This document shows positions 30,399 through 40,619 of a stretch of 64,000 nucleotides of DNA, one piece after another (position 1 is the first letter of the stretch; each line of letters starts with the position of its first letter). The notes beneath the pieces were generated by a model, which worked only from the letters and a program-made list of their open reading frames with translations, was not told the origin of the DNA and did no database searches. This stretch comes from Candidatus Binatia bacterium. Its GTDB lineage: Bacteria > Desulfobacterota > Binatia > HRBIN30. Position numbers and translations under genes: made by a program. The stretch lies in NCBI GenBank assembly GCA_038245295.1, contig JBBRSP010000024.1, positions 20,877-84,876 of the forward strand, given 5' to 3'.

Positions 30399-30592
30399 GA
30401 TGTCCTCCTGGCGCCTTCGGCGCAGGCTTGGACATAGGCTGAGGCTTAGGCTTAGGGAAGACCGCGGGGCGCACCGCTTCGCGAACCGCCCCTACAATGT
30501 TGGTTTCACCGAGGCGTTGCTTCCCCGACTTGCCCTAAGCCTCAGCCCAAGCCTATGCCTATGCCTGCGCCGAAGGCGCCCAAGGAGATTCA

Positions 30593-31408
30593 ATGGACCC
30601 ACTCAAAGGACGCGTCGCTGTCATCACCGGCGGCGCCGGCGGCATCGGTACCGCCATCGCGACGGCGTTTGCGGCGCGCGGCGCCAAGCTGGTGCTGGCC
30701 GATCTGAATCAGCAGGCGCTGAGCGCCACAGTAGACCAGTTCACCAAGGCCGGAGCCGAGGTGATCGGTGTTCACACGGACGTCACCAGCCTCGACAGTG
30801 TCAAGGCATTGGCAGCAACGACGGTGAAACACTTCGGTGCCGCCCATGTCATCTGCAACAACGCCGGCATCGCGCTGTTCGGGATGATGAGCGACGCGAC
30901 GCACCACGACTGGCACTACACGATGAACGTCAACTTCTGGGGCGTTGTGCACGGTGTCGAAGCCTTCACGCCGATCCTGATGCGGCAAGGGCAGGGCGGA
31001 CACATCGTCAACACCGCTTCGATGGCCGGTCTCGTCGGCATGCAGTGGCTCGGCATCTACTGCGCTTCCAAGTTTGCCGTCGTTGGCCTCACCGAGGCGC
31101 TGCATCGCGAGCTCAAGCCGAGCGGCATCGGTGTCAGCGTGCTGTGCCCGATGATCGTCGACACCAATATCAACGAGAACTCGGTACTCATGCGTCCCAA
31201 GAGTCTCAGCAACGGCGGCGAAGAGGTGATCATTCCTCCGGCGGCGGAGATGAAGGGCGGCGTGATCAAGCCCGAGGAAGTGGCGCGCCGTGTCGTGCGG
31301 GCGATCGATCGTGGCGACCTGTACATCCTGACGCATCCCGAGCAGCGCGAGTTCCTGCGCCGCCGGGCCGGCAAACTGGACTCAATGTTCGAGGAGAAGA
31401 ACTGGTGA
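30593..31408 (+). CDS. SDR family oxidoreductase
   Basis: TGGAGGIG, NNAG, YCASK. Confidence 0.92.
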   Translation: MDPLKGRVAVITGGAGGIGTAIATAFAARGAKLVLADLNQQALSATVDQFTKAGAEVIGVHTDVTSLDSVKALAATTVKHFGAAHVICNNAGIALFGMMSDATHHDWHYTMNVNFWGVVHGVEAFTPILMRQGQGGHIVNTASMAGLVGMQWLGIYCASKFAVVGLTEALHRELKPSGIGVSVLCPMIVDTNINENSVLMRPKSLSNGGEEVIIPPAAEMKGGVIKPEEVARRVVRAIDRGDLYILTHPEQREFLRRRAGKLDSMFEEKNW

Positions 31409-32172
31409 AAGATTTATTTTCGGTTCGCGACAAAGTCACTCTGGTCACCGGCGGCTCGCGCGGCATCGGTCTGATGATCGCCCGCGGTTTCGTCGAGAAC
31501 GGCGCCAAGGTTTACATCTCGTCGCGCAAGAAGGAGACGTGTGACAAGGCGGCGGCCGAGTTGTCGAAGCTAGGGACGTGCATCTCTCTTCCAGCCGATT
31601 TGTCGACCGAAGCCGAGGCCAATCGGCTCGCCGCCGAGATCGCCTCGCGTGAACCGGCGCTACACGTGTTGATCAACAACGCCGGTGCCAACTGGGGCGC
31701 GCCGATCGCAGAGTATCCAGATTCCGCGTGGGATAAGGTTCTGGCCATCAACGTAAAGGGAGTCTTCCACCTGACGCGGGCGCTCATTCCGATGTTGGAG
31801 AAGGGCGCCAAGCCGGGCGACCCGGCGCGTGTCATCAATATCGGCTCGATCGACGGCCTGCGCGCGCCGCTGCTCGAGACCTACGCCTACTCGGCCAGCA
31901 AAGCCGCGGTGCACCACCTGACACGCGTGTTGGCGATGCAGTTGGCGAGCCGTCAGATCACCGTGAATGCCGTCGCTCCCGGTCCGTTCGAAAGCAAGAT
32001 GATGGAAGCGACGCTGAATCAGTTCCGCGATGCGATTGTTGGATCGTGTCCGCTGGGACGTATCGGCGAGCCGGAGGATATGGCCGGCGTGGCGATTTAT
32101 CTTGCGTCGCGGGCCGGGGCCTACGTCACGGGAGCGGTGATTCCCGTCGATGGAGGGATCTCGACGCGTTGA
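31405..32172 (+). CDS. SDR family oxidoreductase
   Basis: GTGA overlap start; TGGSRGIG, NNAG, YSASK, PVDGG. Confidence 0.92.
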   Translation: MKDLFSVRDKVTLVTGGSRGIGLMIARGFVENGAKVYISSRKKETCDKAAAELSKLGTCISLPADLSTEAEANRLAAEIASREPALHVLINNAGANWGAPIAEYPDSAWDKVLAINVKGVFHLTRALIPMLEKGAKPGDPARVINIGSIDGLRAPLLETYAYSASKAAVHHLTRVLAMQLASRQITVNAVAPGPFESKMMEATLNQFRDAIVGSCPLGRIGEPEDMAGVAIYLASRAGAYVTGAVIPVDGGISTR

Positions 32173-32300
32173 TGGAATGCAGTCCCACTTGCCCTTGCCG
32201 CCTGCCCACCGAAGCCATGCGAAGGTGGGTTGCCCTTGCCCTGGGGCGGCGGAGGTCGGGTGCGGCGTTGAATTGGCAAGGGCAAGGGCACGGGCAAGGG

Positions 32301-33092
32301 ATGATGAAAGAATATCCAGTAAAAGTAGGCAGCATGCTCTTTACCATGGTCGATCCGCACCAGGGCCACGAGAAGGAGTACAACCGCTGGTACGAACGCG
32401 ATCACTTCTACGCCGGCTGCATGATCGGCCCGTGGCTGTTCGCCGGCTCGCGTTGGGTGTGCACCAAGGCGCTCAAGGAGCTCCGCTTTCCGGAGGACAG
32501 CACGATCGCCAAGCCCAGCGTGCAGGCCGGATCGTTTCTGGCCTTCTACTGGATCCACGCTGACCACCACGCTGACCATCACGCTTGGGCCAACCCGCAG
32601 GCGCGTGCCCTGTATCAGCAGAACCGCGGCTTCAACGAGCGCACGCATGTGCACACGCTGATGTACTCGCTCGATTGGGTGCAATATCGCGATGCCGATC
32701 CGGTGCCGCTTGAGCTGTCGCCGGATCACCGCTTCGCCGGACTCGTCACGGTGGCGATCGAGCGCAACGAAGGCGTCGATCAAGCCGAGACCGACGCGTG
32801 GTTCCGCGACAAGTACCTGCCGGGATTCTTCAAAAGATCGCCTGTCGCCTCATGCGCCACCTGGTCGCCGTTGCCGCAAGGCGAGGGGCCGATGAACATC
32901 CCGAAGGTCGAGCGCCCGCAGCTGCTCGATATGCAGATGTACTTCATCGATACGGCGGCGGCCGATGTGATGCCGAAGTTTCGGAAGCTGGCGGAGGACT
33001 TTGCGGCGACCGGCCTGGGGCGCATCGTGTTTGCCTCACCGTGGCTGCCGACGGTCGTCGGGACCGATACATATACCGACCAACTCTGGTAA
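32301..33092 (+). CDS. Conserved hypothetical protein (possible dimeric alpha-beta barrel)
   Basis: HEKEYNRWYERDH resembles EthD/DUF4286-type proteins. Confidence 0.7.
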   Translation: MMKEYPVKVGSMLFTMVDPHQGHEKEYNRWYERDHFYAGCMIGPWLFAGSRWVCTKALKELRFPEDSTIAKPSVQAGSFLAFYWIHADHHADHHAWANPQARALYQQNRGFNERTHVHTLMYSLDWVQYRDADPVPLELSPDHRFAGLVTVAIERNEGVDQAETDAWFRDKYLPGFFKRSPVASCATWSPLPQGEGPMNIPKVERPQLLDMQMYFIDTAAADVMPKFRKLAEDFAATGLGRIVFASPWLPTVVGTDTYTDQLW

Positions 33093-33117
33093 CGCGGCCC
33101 GATCTGTTGCGAAAGCA

Positions 33118-33230
33118 AGAACGGAGTCGGGCTGGTTCATCTCCGAAGCGCGCGGCGCGAAGGGGAGCCCTCAGCCCGCGGTCTGCGGGATCCATCTTCG
33201 GCGGCGTGAGGGCACGCCGACTCCGTTCTG
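33118..33230. repeat. Palindromic element with 13-bp terminal inverted repeats
   Basis: agaacggagtcgg...ccgactccgttct; relatives at 38997-39076 and partial at 19974-19996. Confidence 0.7.
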
Positions 33231-33286
33231 CGTTTTGTCACTCGGGGAGGTCCATTGGTTCCCGCTGGAAGCCGGCCTGAGGTTTC

Positions 33287-34621
33287 CTAGTCCTCATTCC
33301 TTGGCTTGCCCAGGTACTTCCCAAGCATGTCATGGAAATGCGCGATGGTGCTCTCCTGCACTGGATTGATGGTAGCGGCGCGGAAGCCGCGTGACTTCAC
33401 GCCGCGGTTCACCGCTTCCAGATTGGTGAAATCTTCTTCGAGGAACTCGCATTGGCCTTTGAACGCTTCGAAGCCGTGGAAGAGCTCCTGCTGCACCTCG
33501 GGTTCCTTGCCGGGGGCGAAGCGGCCGAGGGACCAGATGTCGACGATGGAGCTGTCATGGTCATCCCCGTTCGGACGCATGCGGTACCACAATGCGCCAT
33601 CGAAGGTGGGCAGGACGATGCTGTTGGGGAAGATGTGCCAATCGAGACCGGCGGCGACCCAGGTCTCGAGCGTCAGATTCTCCGGCCAGGCAACGCCGCG
33701 CTTCTCCAGTTCTTCGCGGTGATATTCGAAGAGTTTAGTCATGATCTCGTCGAGAGACGCGTCGATAGGCAGCTGGCGTAGTCGCTCCAAGGCCGCCATG
33801 CCCGGTTCCAGGGTCATCGCGCCGATCGTGTGGTGCAGATGGCCGAAGTTCACCCACATGTTCTCGTGCAGCGATTGCGGCCTGACCCAGCGGCCGTCGG
33901 CCGTCTTGTACTCGGTGAACGGCCCCGGCTCGCCGTACAACATGGAGTGATTGCCGAAGATCGCGGTTGGCATGCGCGCTTCGCGATAGTTGATGCCCGA
34001 CGTGTGCGTCGAGCCGCTGTGATAGGCCTCGATGAAGGCTTCGACGACGATCTTCCAATTGACCGGGGCGATGATGGTCTTCCACCACAGGGGCCGCATG
34101 GTTTGCGGCGAGAACGGATCGAGGAAGTGCGGCACCATTCCGAGAAATTGCTCCAGCGGCTCCGCTTCGGGATCCTGATTGATCCAGATCCACCCGCCCC
34201 AGCGTGCGAGCTTGACCTTGGGCAAACCCAGCGCCGCCTTGTCGAAGGCCGGGCAGCCCTGCCAGTCCTCCTCGAAGTGCGCCTGGATCAGCTCTCCTGT
34301 GCGGCTGTATTGCCAGCCATGGAAGCGGCAAAGGATGGCGGCGCCGATGTGTCCACGCGCTTCGTCACGCAGCCGACGGCCACGATGCTGGCACACATTG
34401 TACATGGCGGTGACGTCGTCTTCTCCGGCGCCGGTGCGGACGATGAGGATCGAGTCGTCGAGGATATCGTAGGCGACGAAATCTCCCGGTTGTTTCAGCT
34501 CCGCTTCGCGACACGCCATCTGCCAGATGTGCGGCCACAGTCTCTCTCGTTCGAGGCGGTCGATGTGAGGATCGCGGTAGTCAGAGGCGGGTATAACGAT
34601 GCGCGGGGTCGAGTCTTCCAT
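33287..34621 (-). CDS. Rieske aromatic ring-hydroxylating oxygenase alpha subunit
   Basis: CQHRG...CRFHGW Rieske motif; NWK..VEAFIEAYH...TH iron site. Confidence 0.93.
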   Translation of the reverse strand: MEDSTPRIVIPASDYRDPHIDRLERERLWPHIWQMACREAELKQPGDFVAYDILDDSILIVRTGAGEDDVTAMYNVCQHRGRRLRDEARGHIGAAILCRFHGWQYSRTGELIQAHFEEDWQGCPAFDKAALGLPKVKLARWGGWIWINQDPEAEPLEQFLGMVPHFLDPFSPQTMRPLWWKTIIAPVNWKIVVEAFIEAYHSGSTHTSGINYREARMPTAIFGNHSMLYGEPGPFTEYKTADGRWVRPQSLHENMWVNFGHLHHTIGAMTLEPGMAALERLRQLPIDASLDEIMTKLFEYHREELEKRGVAWPENLTLETWVAAGLDWHIFPNSIVLPTFDGALWYRMRPNGDDHDSSIVDIWSLGRFAPGKEPEVQQELFHGFEAFKGQCEFLEEDFTNLEAVNRGVKSRGFRAATINPVQESTIAHFHDMLGKYLGKPRNED

Positions 34622-34819
34622 CTTGGGGGTCCTTCCGTGTAACGAACATTCCAGATCCACCCTTGAGAAGAAACCACGGAGGCACAGAGACGCGGAGCCA
34701 GGAGGAGTCACGACGGTTTGTTCATGGCGCGCGCCGACAAGGCCCTACGACTCCTCCGACCTCCGTGTCTCCGTGGTGAGTACTTTGCAGATGTTGACTC
34801 GGTGATGGTGAGTTCGTCC

Positions 34820-35449
34820 TCAACTCGACGCCGGCGGTTCTGCCGCACCGCCACGCAGATGCTGCGCCACGGCACGCGCCGAGCGGCGCATGCCGCGGTA
34901 AAGCTTCGGTGCGAACCACACGACGACGCCAATAAAGATCAGGACCAGCACCAACATGGCAATGGGATGCGCAAACGCCAGCCATAGGGCGACCAGGGAA
35001 AAACCGTCTTCACTGAAGCTGAGGGCGAGATTGGAGAAGGGTTCAGGGCTGCCATTCACCAACAGGCGTGCACCCGCCTTGGCTGCGTGGCTGGAGAAGG
35101 CAACCGTCCCGCACAAGAGGATCACGACGGTACGGAGTGCCGGGTCGATATCGCCGAGCGCCGTGGCGGCGAGAACGACGGCGCCGAGCGGACGGAGCAC
35201 CGTGTGCACCGCATCCCAGGCGCTATCGACCCACGGAATCTTGTCGGCGAGCAGCTCGATGACGCACAGAAAGCCGGCGGTGATGACGATCAGCGGATGA
35301 CCCAAGACCGCCAGTTGCGACAGACGCGGGTCGAGATGCAGCAGGCCCGCTTTGATACCGAGGCCAACCACGAACACGGTGGCATAAAGGCGGATGCCGG
35401 CGACAAAAGAGAGTCCCATCAGGGAACCGAGCAACGTCAGGGTTTCCAT
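34820..35449 (-). CDS. DUF4126 family membrane protein
   Basis: AGIRLYA, ELLADKIPWVDSAWDAVHT, SPEPFSN. Confidence 0.88.
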   Translation of the reverse strand: METLTLLGSLMGLSFVAGIRLYATVFVVGLGIKAGLLHLDPRLSQLAVLGHPLIVITAGFLCVIELLADKIPWVDSAWDAVHTVLRPLGAVVLAATALGDIDPALRTVVILLCGTVAFSSHAAKAGARLLVNGSPEPFSNLALSFSEDGFSLVALWLAFAHPIAMLVLVLIFIGVVVWFAPKLYRGMRRSARAVAQHLRGGAAEPPASS

Positions 35450-35517
35450 CGTACTAAGCCTCCCGCCGCAGTATTCTAGGATCGGCGCACAATCGGCACC
35501 CTTCCTCCGGCGCGAAC

Positions 35518-35958
35518 CTACTTCCGTGGATGGCGTAACGGATTGCGCCAGCGCAACCCGGGGAAGCGTTCGAAGTCGTTGTCGTTCGAGTGCAACTCGC
35601 ACTGGTGTTCGATCGCAATCGCAGCCAGATGAGTATCGGTGGTGAGTCTTCCGGCAACCTTGGTTGCGGCGAAGAGGGTTTGGACAATTGCCAGATGACG
35701 AGGCCCGGGGTCGAGGGGTTGGACACAGGGCTGATCAAACCACGTGGTGACGCAGGCGAGGGCGGCGGTTGGGTCGAGTGGTGCGGTAAGCACCGCGGGG
35801 TGCGTCACCAGACGAACAAAGCCGAAGGTGACGGCCCAGGGTACCCCGACGGGCTGCTCACGGGCCACCAGATCCTCCCACCACCGGCGTGCCGCTTCGT
35901 GGAGAGGCGCAGCGGCGTTGTGCGCATAGACCAGCAGGTTGATGTCGGGAACGATCAT
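35518..35958 (-). CDS. vapC: VapC PIN-domain toxin
   Basis: PDINLLVYA, DTHLAAIAIE, DNDFERFPGL. Confidence 0.9.
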   Translation of the reverse strand: MIVPDINLLVYAHNAAAPLHEAARRWWEDLVAREQPVGVPWAVTFGFVRLVTHPAVLTAPLDPTAALACVTTWFDQPCVQPLDPGPRHLAIVQTLFAATKVAGRLTTDTHLAAIAIEHQCELHSNDNDFERFPGLRWRNPLRHPRK

Positions 35959-36218
35959 CGCTTCGCACGCCTGGCGGCTTGCTCGACTTCGAGATCGTCC
36001 GAGAGCTGATTCAATCGTAACGGATCGACACCGGCACGAAAGGGACTGCGAAAAACATCAACGCGAAAGCGTTTGTTGCTGGTCCGATGCGCCTCGGGAG
36101 CCACGAAGCCGCGGCGCAACACCGTGTTGACGGCTTCCTTAAACGGGATCTTCTTGCGCCGAGTCAGATCCTTCAGCTTGGCAGCTACATCGTCGTCGAG
36201 GGTCAGCGTAGTGCGCAT
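35955..36218 (-). CDS. vapB: VapB antitoxin (RHH/CopG-like)
   Basis: MRTTLTLDDDV; ATGA overlap with the PIN toxin; gcatcgtgatgc palindrome just upstream. Confidence 0.85.
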   Translation of the reverse strand: MRTTLTLDDDVAAKLKDLTRRKKIPFKEAVNTVLRRGFVAPEAHRTSNKRFRVDVFRSPFRAGVDPLRLNQLSDDLEVEQAARRAKR

Positions 36219-36339
36219 TTGGGCATCGTGATGCGACGTTGCGATGATGTCAAGATGCTCGTCCCGGCTACCTTGTTCCGCTTTCGCTGGCAGCGTTACG
36301 TCTAAACCTGCCTCAGCTGTCGAGGCTTGCCGGATCGTT

Positions 36340-37383
36340 CTAGAACGTTTTCGCGTCGATCACGAAGCGGTACTTCACGTCCCCTTTGACGGTGCGGTCG
36401 TAGGCCTGGTTGATCTTGGTCGCGGGGATCAGCTCGATGTCCGAGTACACCTTCTTCTTGGCGCAGTAATCGAGCATCTTCTGCGTTTCTTTGATGCCGC
36501 CTATGAGCGAGCCGGCCAACGTTCGTCGACCGAAGATGAGGGCGAACGCGGCCAGGCTATTCGGTTCCGGCGCCGCCCCGACGAGCACCATCGTGCCGCC
36601 AAGCTTTAGCGATTCCATGTAGGGAGTAAGGTCGAGCTTCGCCGAAACGGTGTTCAGGATGAAATCGAACTTGCCGGCCAAGGCCGCGAAATTGGCGCGA
36701 TCGCGTGTGACCACGAAGTGCTTGGCGCCGAGCTTCTTGGCGTCCGCTTCTTTCTTGGGCGAGGTGCTGAACACGGTGACTTCGGCTCCCATTGATTTGG
36801 CGAGCTTCACTCCGATGTGTCCTAACCCGCCGAGTCCCACGATCCCCACTGTTTGCCCTTTTTTGACACCGTACCGCTTGAGCGGCGCGTAGGTCGTGAT
36901 GCCGGCGCAGAGCAACGGCGCGACGCGGGCGAGGTCCAACCCCTTCTTCAACTTCAAGACGTAGGAGTCCTTCACTACGATATGCGAGGAGTAGCCGCCA
37001 TAGGTCGGGGTCTTTCCGTCCATCTCCGTGCCGTTGTACGTGAAGGCTGTATGTACGGTACAGAACTGCTCCTCGTGGTTCTTACAGTTCGGGCACTTTC
37101 CGCAGGAGTCCACGAAGCAGCCGACGCCGACATCGTCGCCTTTCTTGAAGCGTTTCACCTTTTTCCCTACCGCGATGACCTTGCCGACAATTTCGTGGCC
37201 GGGCACGAGCGGGTAAGTGGTCGGCCCCCACTCGCTGCGGGCGGTGTGGATGTCCGAATGGCAAATTCCCGAGTAGGTGATCTCAATCACAACGTCCTTG
37301 GGCTTGGGGTCGCGCCGTTCAAACTGAAACGGCTGAAGAGGGGAGGTGGCACTGTGGGTAGCGTAGGCTTTGGCTTGAATCAT
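36340..37383 (-). CDS. Zn-dependent NAD(P) alcohol dehydrogenase (cinnamyl ADH-like)
   Basis: GICHSD, PGHE, CxxCxxC(7)C, PLLCAGIT, GLGGLG. Confidence 0.94.
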   Translation of the reverse strand: MIQAKAYATHSATSPLQPFQFERRDPKPKDVVIEITYSGICHSDIHTARSEWGPTTYPLVPGHEIVGKVIAVGKKVKRFKKGDDVGVGCFVDSCGKCPNCKNHEEQFCTVHTAFTYNGTEMDGKTPTYGGYSSHIVVKDSYVLKLKKGLDLARVAPLLCAGITTYAPLKRYGVKKGQTVGIVGLGGLGHIGVKLAKSMGAEVTVFSTSPKKEADAKKLGAKHFVVTRDRANFAALAGKFDFILNTVSAKLDLTPYMESLKLGGTMVLVGAAPEPNSLAAFALIFGRRTLAGSLIGGIKETQKMLDYCAKKKVYSDIELIPATKINQAYDRTVKGDVKYRFVIDAKTF

Positions 37384-37458
37384 GGGACCTCATTTATAGG
37401 CGAGAAATTGGCTGGGCCAAGGTCAGGGGCGTCACGACCTCCTCCATTCCGGCGAAAG

Positions 37459-37616
37459 AGTGTGTCGATTTACTCGGAAACCAAATTTGAAACCGAGCAG
37501 ACCTTTCCGTCATACCGGCGAAAGCCGGTATCTCGCCAGCTTTCGAGGCTTCCAGCAGGGGGAGATCCCGGTTTTCACCGGGATGACGTTGCTCCACTTT
37601 GGTTTTACGAAAGTCT
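37459..37616. mobile_element. MITE in a CGTC-type REP, copy of 648-801
   Basis: CGAAAG at 37453-37458 and 37617-37622; left end agtgtgtcg. Confidence 0.75.
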
Positions 37617-37784
37617 CGAAAGCCGCAATCTCCCATGCATTCCGCAGTTTCCATCCAAGGAGATCCTGGCTTTCGCCGGAATGACAGATCGGGATGACAA
37701 GATACGGCACCGATAGCTCAAGCAACAGGTTGAGAGCTTGCGGCCTACGCCCGGAGCACAAGTCGTAAACCCCTGGCTAGGGCT

Positions 37785-38960
37785 TCAGACCCCGACAATC
37801 GAGACGAAGCTGACACAGCGCCCCGGCGCGCCGCCAAGGTTGTGGGTCAGCCCGAGCTTCGGCTTGGCAATCTGCCGCGGACCGGCTTCGCCGCGCAGTT
37901 GCAGCCACATCTCGTACATCATGCGGAGGCCGCTAGCGCCGATCGGGTGGCCGAAGCTCTTCAGGCCGCCGTCGGGATTAACCGGCTGTGCTCCTTCGCC
38001 GTCGAAGCGGCCTTCCATGACGTCCTTCCAGCCCTGACCGCGCGGTGAGAAGCCCATGTCTTCCATCAGTACAAGCTCGGTCGGGGTGAAGCAGTCGTGC
38101 ACTTCGGCCATGCTGATCTCGGAGCGTGGATCTTTGACGCCGGCTTGCTTGTAGGCATCCTGCGCGCTGGCCACCGCTTCGGGGAACGAAGTGAAGTCGT
38201 ACTCCTGGCTGAAGGCTCCCTCAGCGGGGCCGGCGGCGAACGATAGCGCTTTTATGAAAATTGGATTCTTCGAGTACTTGTGTGCGTCTTCAGCGCGGCA
38301 CAGGATCGCCGCCGCAGCGCCGTCGCTGACACCGGAGCAGTCGAAGACCCCGAGCATGCCGGCAATCGGCGGCGACTTGGCGATCGTCTCCATCGGTACT
38401 TCTTTGCGGAACTGCGCCTTCGAATTCTTGGCGCCGTTCTTGTGGTTCTTCCAGGCGATGCGTGTCAGTACCTGCTTCAGCGTCGCTTCATCAACGCCGT
38501 ACTTCTTGGCGTACGCCGGTGCGAGCAACGAGAACGTTGCCGGCGCCGTCATGCTGGAGTTGGTTCCGTCATTCGGCGGTGCCGCGCCGACGAGTCCGGA
38601 GAAACCGGAGTCCTTCAGCTTCTCGACGCCGATCGCCATGACCAGATCATAGGCGCCGCAGGCCACCGCGTAGGCGGCGTTGCGAATCGCTTCGCTGCCG
38701 GTGGCGCACATGTTCTCCAAGCGGGTGACCGGCTTGTAGGGAATCTTCAGGGCTTCGGAGAGCATCAGGCCGGAGATGCCGCTGGCCATCGTACCGAGCC
38801 AATACGCGTCGACCGCATCCGGAGCGATGCCGGCGGAGGCGTACGCGTCTTTGGCCGCATCGACGAGAAGATCGTCGGCACCCTTGTTCCAGTGCTCGCC
38901 GAAAGGCGTGCAGCCCATGCCGACGATCGCGACTCGATCCTTGATTCCGTTGCTTGCCAT
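37785..38960 (-). CDS. SCP-x/PhlC-type thiolase family protein
   Basis: ENMCATG, EVHDCF, GHPIGASG, HNLGG. Confidence 0.9.
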   Translation of the reverse strand: MASNGIKDRVAIVGMGCTPFGEHWNKGADDLLVDAAKDAYASAGIAPDAVDAYWLGTMASGISGLMLSEALKIPYKPVTRLENMCATGSEAIRNAAYAVACGAYDLVMAIGVEKLKDSGFSGLVGAAPPNDGTNSSMTAPATFSLLAPAYAKKYGVDEATLKQVLTRIAWKNHKNGAKNSKAQFRKEVPMETIAKSPPIAGMLGVFDCSGVSDGAAAAILCRAEDAHKYSKNPIFIKALSFAAGPAEGAFSQEYDFTSFPEAVASAQDAYKQAGVKDPRSEISMAEVHDCFTPTELVLMEDMGFSPRGQGWKDVMEGRFDGEGAQPVNPDGGLKSFGHPIGASGLRMMYEMWLQLRGEAGPRQIAKPKLGLTHNLGGAPGRCVSFVSIVGV

Positions 38961-38996
38961 GTGAGTTCTCCTTACCTGTCAATCGCCATCAGCTTC

Positions 38997-39076
38997 GAGA
39001 CGGAGTCGGGCTGCCCTCAGCCCGCGGTCGATGGATTCCACCTTCGGCGGCGTGAGGGCACGCCGACTCCGTTCTG
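38997..39076. repeat. Palindromic element (same family as 33118-33230)
   Basis: acggagtcgg...cggcgtgagggcacgccgactccgttct. Confidence 0.7.
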
Positions 39077-39080
39077 AGGG

Positions 39081-40466
39081 TCAGCGCATCGGGCGCGCTT
39101 TCCAGAAGTAGTTGTGCACACCTTGACCAGTGTACAGCCGTCGGAACGTCATCTCCAGATTATTTCCGATGGCGACCTCTTTCGGGTCGACGTCGGTGAG
39201 GTCACAACTGAAGCGCCCGCCACCCTCGTAGTCGGCCACTGCCACAACGACCGGCGGCTGCAGGGTGTAGGCGAGGTGGTCGACGGTATACGTCGCGATG
39301 CGACACGAGGTGTCGGCGAAGCGTTCTTCCTTCATCTCGTCGATGGCGCCGCACTTCACACAGACGCGCTGTGGCGGCAGGTGTCCCGTCTGACACTTGG
39401 TGCAGCGATTGCCGACGAAGGCCAGCTTCCAGCGTTCGTGACGCCGCATCGGCGGCGCCGCGGGACGTTCCGGGTCGGGACGTCGCGGCGGCTCGAAGGG
39501 CAGGATGCCGCGCCACTTGAGGTAGGCGTTGTAGGCCAGGTCGTTGCGCTTCGAGGCGATCCAGCGATCGACTTTACGCAGCGGCGTGTTGCCGCTGATC
39601 TTGTCGGTGACTTGGAAAATCAGAACGTCCGCGCCATCAGACTGCGAGATGACCAGAATGCGGTCGCCCGTCTTGGCAGTGTCGAGCGCGCGCGCCAACA
39701 GCAGGCCGGCATGAGCGACACCGCTGCGCCCGACGCTCGCGGCAAGTGTGTCGGCGATCTGCTCCGGCTTGAGCCCGAGCGCCTTCGGAAGTCCAGCCAG
39801 CGAACGCGGGTTCGTGCCGTCGAGGATCACGGTGGAGAGCGACGCCGGATCGACGCCCGCAGTCTTGAGCGCTCGCCCGGCGGTCTCGGCGATGGCCGGG
39901 GCCATCGTGTCGGCGGTGAAGCGTTCTTCCCACTGCTTGGCGAAGCGATCTTCTGGAAGTCGCCAGACGTCGAGGATCTCCATGGTCAGCGAGGAGCGGC
40001 CGATCAACTTGGCGATCGCCTCGTTGTCGGGTCCGGTGACGAAAGCGACGGCAGCGTCGCCACCCTGGCTCTCGCGTCCGCCGCCGGGTGCGCCGATGAC
40101 GACGTCGCTGGCGCAAACGAGAGCCCGTTGGCCGGCGGTCGCCAGATCGACACCGAGCAAGAGCCCGGCGAGTCCCATGCGCGACGAACCAGCAAGCTCC
40201 ACCGAGGTCAACGCCTCGGGCAGGTCGAGTGCCGCCTGGATGGTCGCCGCATTCAGCTTCTCGGCGTAAGGCGGGCTGGTGGTGGCGAACAGCAGGGAGT
40301 CGAGCTTGATGCCGCCACGCAGCGCATCACGCGCCGCCTCGACGGCCATCGAGACACTGTCCTCGTCGTAACTGGCAGCGGCGCGTTCGCCCTTGCCGGC
40401 ACCGATGGCGGCGCGCGTCAGGCGGAAATAGGGGACGTAACTTCCGTAGCGGATGATTCCGGCCAA
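39081..40466 (-). CDS. HMG-CoA synthase-like domain fused to a DUF35 Zn-ribbon/OB-fold
   Basis: YGSYVPYFRL, DEDSVSMAVEAA, GGDAAVA; C-terminal CTKC...PPQRVCVKC and MTFRRL..YFWKA; TTG start with GAGGAGG RBS. Confidence 0.87.
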   Translation of the reverse strand: MAGIIRYGSYVPYFRLTRAAIGAGKGERAAASYDEDSVSMAVEAARDALRGGIKLDSLLFATTSPPYAEKLNAATIQAALDLPEALTSVELAGSSRMGLAGLLLGVDLATAGQRALVCASDVVIGAPGGGRESQGGDAAVAFVTGPDNEAIAKLIGRSSLTMEILDVWRLPEDRFAKQWEERFTADTMAPAIAETAGRALKTAGVDPASLSTVILDGTNPRSLAGLPKALGLKPEQIADTLAASVGRSGVAHAGLLLARALDTAKTGDRILVISQSDGADVLIFQVTDKISGNTPLRKVDRWIASKRNDLAYNAYLKWRGILPFEPPRRPDPERPAAPPMRRHERWKLAFVGNRCTKCQTGHLPPQRVCVKCGAIDEMKEERFADTSCRIATYTVDHLAYTLQPPVVVAVADYEGGGRFSCDLTDVDPKEVAIGNNLEMTFRRLYTGQGVHNYFWKARPMR

Positions 40467-40619
40467 AATGAGCCCTCCTCAGAAATCGAAGGGTGAAGGG
40501 TGAAGAGCGAAAGGGGGAAAAAACGCGCCGGACGCATCCATCCACCTTTCACCCTTCACATTTCACTCTTCGTAGAGCGGTATTGCCCACATCCGAAATT
40601 GTGGCAATCCCCAGCGCGG

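Noticed and set aside
30010..32172. 720-aa ORF suggesting a giant SDR fusion
   Set aside because: Only 31405-32172 is SDR-like; the upstream part is an off-frame or antisense shadow of the thiolase and the first SDR
39114..40496. Long antisense ORFs (also 17569-18825, 55076-56653, 42533-43981, 13732-14802)
   Set aside because: Shadows of well-supported genes, expected at high GC; no motifs
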